18,908 nt of DNA, taken from assembly GCA_965602215.1 (NCBI GenBank), contig CBFCYS010000036.1, positions 1 through 18,908 on the forward strand, in the 5' to 3' direction. Below, in pieces: positions 16,065 through 18,908 of this stretch (within the stretch, counting starts at the first letter, position 1; every line of letters begins with the position of its first letter). This DNA is from an uncultured bacterium (GTDB lineage Bacteria; RBG-13-66-14; B26-G2; WVWN01). The notes under the pieces were generated by a model. It saw nothing but the letters and a program-made list of their open reading frames with translations, had not been told where the DNA came from and searched no databases. The translations under genes were made by a program, and so were the position numbers.

Positions 16065-18662
16065 ATGAAGAAGCGCCGCCTCCTGGTCGTCGACACGATG
16101 AACCTTGTCTTCCGCGCGTACTACGCGCTCATCGGCAGGCCCCTCCGCACCACCGACGGCCGCAATACCTCCGCCGTCTTCGGCTTCGCGCGGATGCTGC
16201 TCAAGGCGCTGGCCGAATACCAACCCACCCACGTCGCCGTCGCGCTGGAGGGCGGCGGCCCCTCCTTCCGCGAGGAAATTTACCCGGAGTACAAGGCTAC
16301 GCGTAAAACCCCGCCCGACGACCTCATCGCGCAGATAGAACCCATCAAAGAGTTCGCCCGGCTGCTGGGCCTGGCCGTCGTCGAGAAGGAGGGGATGGAG
16401 GCCGACGACGTGGTCGCGACGCTCGCGCGCGGCGGCGCCGGCCGCTTCGACGACGTGCTCATACTCTCGGGCGACAAGGATTTGATGGCGCTGGTGGGCG
16501 GCGGCGTTAAATTGTTCGCGCCCAGGACCGGCGTCTCCGACGTCGACGAGATGGACGCCGCGGCGGTGGAGGCCAAGATGGGGGTCCCGCCGGCCGCGGT
16601 GCCGGACCTCCTGGCGCTGGAGGGCGACAGCGTCGACAACGTCCCCGGCGTCCCCGGCATCGGCGAGAAGACGGCCCGGGCGCTGCTCGAGCGGTACGGC
16701 TCGCTCGACGCCGTGTTCGAGCACGTCGACGACGTGGAGCCCAAGCGCGCGCGGGCGGCGCTCGAGAAAGGCCGCGCGTCGGCCGAGCTTTCGCGCGCGC
16801 TGGTCGGGCTCCGGGGCGACCTCGAGCTGGGCCTGGACGCCGCGGCGCTCGAGCCCCGGGCCCGGGACGAGGAAGCGCTGCGCTCCTTTTTGAAAGAATA
16901 TGAGCTCAAGACGCTGGCGGAGGAGCTGGGCGTCGGCGCGGCGCCGGCGGACGAGCTGAAGCCGGATCTGGTCTCGGCCGAGGAGCTCGCGCCCACGGCG
17001 CCGGAGTCGGGGGACGAATGGCTCGGCCTGGAGGCCGTCGTACGGGCGGGGGAGTTCGCGGGGGCGGCGCTGGCGGCGGGGCCCGAGCGCGTGACGCTGC
17101 TCGACGGTTCGCCCGCCGACGTCGCCCGCAAGCTCGAGAAAATTTACGGGGAATCCGAGCTGCCGCTCGCGGGGCACGACACCAAGCGGCTGATTCACAT
17201 GTTGGGGTCCGACGTCAAGTTCGACGGCGACACCATGCTCGCCGCGTACCTCCTCAACCCCGAGCGCGTGAACTACCGGCTGGCCGACCTGGCGTACGAG
17301 TACCTCAAGGTCCACCTCCCCGCGGAGGAGGCGGAGGGGGAGCTGGCGTTCGGCGAGGGCGCGGCCGAGGATGCCGCGGCTCGAGCGCAGGCCGTGGCCC
17401 GGTTGGCCGAGGTGACGGCGCGCCTCGTCGAGCAGCAGGACATGGGCGAGCTCTACCGCGACCTGGAGGTCCCGCTGGCGCCGGTGCTGGCCGCGCTTGA
17501 GGAGCGCGGCGTCAAGATAGACCGGCCCCACTTCGCCAGGCTGGCGCGGAGCTTCGAGAAGCATTTGAAGAAGGCCGAGGGCGAGCTGTACGAGCTGGCG
17601 GGCGGCGAGTTCAACCCCAACTCGCCGAAACAGCTGCGGGAAATACTCTTCGACAAGCTGGGCCTGAAGCCCGCGCGCAAGACCAAGACCGGCTACTCCA
17701 CCGCGGCCGACGTCCTGGAATCGCTGGCCGAGGAACACCCCCTCCCCGCCAAGATATTGGCGTACCGCGAGCTGGCCAAGCTCAAGAACACGTACGTCGA
17801 CGTCCTGCCGACGCTGGCGGACGAGAATGGCCGCGTCCACACGACGTTCAACCAGGCCGCGACCGCCACCGGCCGCCTGAGCTCCACCGACCCCAACCTC
17901 CAGAACATCCCCATCCGGACGGACCTCGGCGCCGAGATACGCAAGGGCTTCATCCCCGGCGACGGCCTGGTCTTCCTGTCGGCGGACTACGCGCAGGTGG
18001 AGCTCCGCATCCTGGCGCACGTCGCCGACGACCCGGGCCTGCAGCAGGCCTTCGCCGAGGGCAAGGACATCCACGCCGCGACGGCCTCGGAGCTGTTCGA
18101 CGTCCCGTTCGACCGCGTGAGCCGCGAGCAGCGGACGCTGGCGAAAGCCATCAACTTCGGCCTGGCGTACAAGATGGGGCCGCGGCGCCTCGCTCGCGAG
18201 GCCGGCCTCTCGATCAAGGAGGCGGAGGCGTACATCGAGAAATATTTTACGCGCTACCCGGGCGTCCGCCGCTTCATCGACGAGGAGATCGAGCGGGCGC
18301 ACCGGGAGGGCTACGTCCACACCGTCCTGGGCCGCCGGCGCTACCTGCCCGACATCGCGTCCGACAACAGCCGCGCCCGGGCCGCGGCCGAGCGCGTCGC
18401 CGTGAACATGCCCATCCAGGGGTCGGCCGCGGACATCCTCAAGCTCGCGATGGTGGCGCTCGCGCGCCGCCTGCGGGGCGAGACGCTGCAGGCGTGGATG
18501 CTGTTGACCATCCACGACGAGCTGCTGTTCGAGGCGTCGCCCGGCGACGTCGCCGCGCTGGAGGAATTGGTCAAAGAAGAGATGGTCGGCGTTTTAAATC
18601 TTAAGGTCCCGCTGGAAGTCCACGTGGGCGTAGGCGCCAACTGGCTCGAGGCGCACGGATAG
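16065..18662 (+). CDS. polA: DNA polymerase I (PolA). It has a 5'-3' exonuclease domain, a vestigial 3'-5' exonuclease domain and a family-A polymerase domain.
   Basis: The N-terminal FEN domain is LLVVDTMNLVFRAYYAL...GDKDL...GVPGIGEKTA. Pol motif A is DYAQVELRILAH. Motif B is RTLAKAINFGLAYKMG. Motif C is TIHDELLFE. The 865-aa Taq-like organisation lacks the Exo I DxE motif. Confidence 0.92.
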   Translation: MKKRRLLVVDTMNLVFRAYYALIGRPLRTTDGRNTSAVFGFARMLLKALAEYQPTHVAVALEGGGPSFREEIYPEYKATRKTPPDDLIAQIEPIKEFARLLGLAVVEKEGMEADDVVATLARGGAGRFDDVLILSGDKDLMALVGGGVKLFAPRTGVSDVDEMDAAAVEAKMGVPPAAVPDLLALEGDSVDNVPGVPGIGEKTARALLERYGSLDAVFEHVDDVEPKRARAALEKGRASAELSRALVGLRGDLELGLDAAALEPRARDEEALRSFLKEYELKTLAEELGVGAAPADELKPDLVSAEELAPTAPESGDEWLGLEAVVRAGEFAGAALAAGPERVTLLDGSPADVARKLEKIYGESELPLAGHDTKRLIHMLGSDVKFDGDTMLAAYLLNPERVNYRLADLAYEYLKVHLPAEEAEGELAFGEGAAEDAAARAQAVARLAEVTARLVEQQDMGELYRDLEVPLAPVLAALEERGVKIDRPHFARLARSFEKHLKKAEGELYELAGGEFNPNSPKQLREILFDKLGLKPARKTKTGYSTAADVLESLAEEHPLPAKILAYRELAKLKNTYVDVLPTLADENGRVHTTFNQAATATGRLSSTDPNLQNIPIRTDLGAEIRKGFIPGDGLVFLSADYAQVELRILAHVADDPGLQQAFAEGKDIHAATASELFDVPFDRVSREQRTLAKAINFGLAYKMGPRRLAREAGLSIKEAEAYIEKYFTRYPGVRRFIDEEIERAHREGYVHTVLGRRRYLPDIASDNSRARAAAERVAVNMPIQGSAADILKLAMVALARRLRGETLQAWMLLTIHDELLFEASPGDVAALEELVKEEMVGVLNLKVPLEVHVGVGANWLEAHG

Positions 18663-18725
18663 CGGGAGATTTATAGAAAATAAAGCTTATAAGAAAATAG
18701 GAAGATGTAAAAGGAGTCGTTCTAA

Positions 18726-18908
18726 GTGGAAGACCTTAGAGTTTTAAAATACCGACCAAGTTACGTAAATAACCTTCCTAAAGCAAAAGTAACGAGACCT
18801 GAGGCGTTATTCGTTAACGCTTTTATTAAGTATATTAAGGGAAATGGCTTTCCTATGATTAAGAAGACAATTAACCCGCGATTAATAAAGGAATTCGAAG
18901 TCGAAGGA
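18726..18908 (+). CDS. 5' end of an AT-rich, Lys-rich ORF of unknown function (truncated by the window end). It is likely part of a horizontally acquired region.
   Basis: An AAGGAG RBS is at 18711-18716. The GTG at 18726 lies 9 nt downstream. Sixty-one sense codons follow with no stop in DNA of about one-third GC, where stops should be frequent. The sequence reads VEDLRVLKYRPSYVNNLPKAKVTRPEALFVNAFIKYIKGNGFPMIKKTINPRLIKEFEVEG.... An alternative ATG lies at 18855. Confidence 0.35.
   Translation, partial: MEDLRVLKYRPSYVNNLPKAKVTRPEALFVNAFIKYIKGNGFPMIKKTINPRLIKEFEVEG

Noticed and set aside
16038-18515. An 825-aa ORF on the minus strand, antisense to polA
   Set aside because: The plus strand encodes an unmistakable DNA polymerase I with all family-A motifs. 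The antisense product is low-complexity and Arg/Gly/Leu/Pro-rich with no recognisable domain. Long stop-free antisense frames are expected at about 70% GC.
1-18908. CRISPR arrays, tRNA/rRNA genes and insertion sequences
   Set aside because: I found no regularly spaced direct repeats, no cloverleaf-compatible segments in the few non-coding stretches, and no transposase-like ORFs.

Overview
This is a high-GC bacterial window (about two-thirds GC) and is almost fully coding. Positions 61-11504 form a co-directional minus-strand block. Its transcription order is nadE, rsmI, mlaE, two overlapping GT9 heptosyltransferase genes, rpmH, rnpA, yidD, yidC, jag/khpB, mnmE, and a flotillin (SPFH) gene. 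The classic rpmH-rnpA-yidD-yidC-jag-mnmE cluster is therefore intact. The ORF track missed rpmH; it was found by hand-translating the minus strand (TTG start, 45 aa). On the plus strand are two tandem, strongly diverged paralogs of about 660 aa each. Each is a polytopic membrane protein with a C-terminal beta-sandwich domain that resembles a carbohydrate-binding module. Each paralog is preceded by the same roughly 130-nt non-coding element: a promoter-like pair of boxes, a conserved 22-nt core, and a hairpin followed by a T-run. This duplicated candidate leader or sRNA is the main novelty. A Taq-like DNA polymerase I follows, with a near-consensus promoter positioned for a leaderless transcript. 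Immediately after the polA stop codon the composition drops to about one-third GC. A lysine-rich ORF with a good RBS starts there and runs off the window end, which may be the edge of a horizontally acquired island. Many ORF-track entries are antisense or shadow ORFs caused by GC bias and were rejected.
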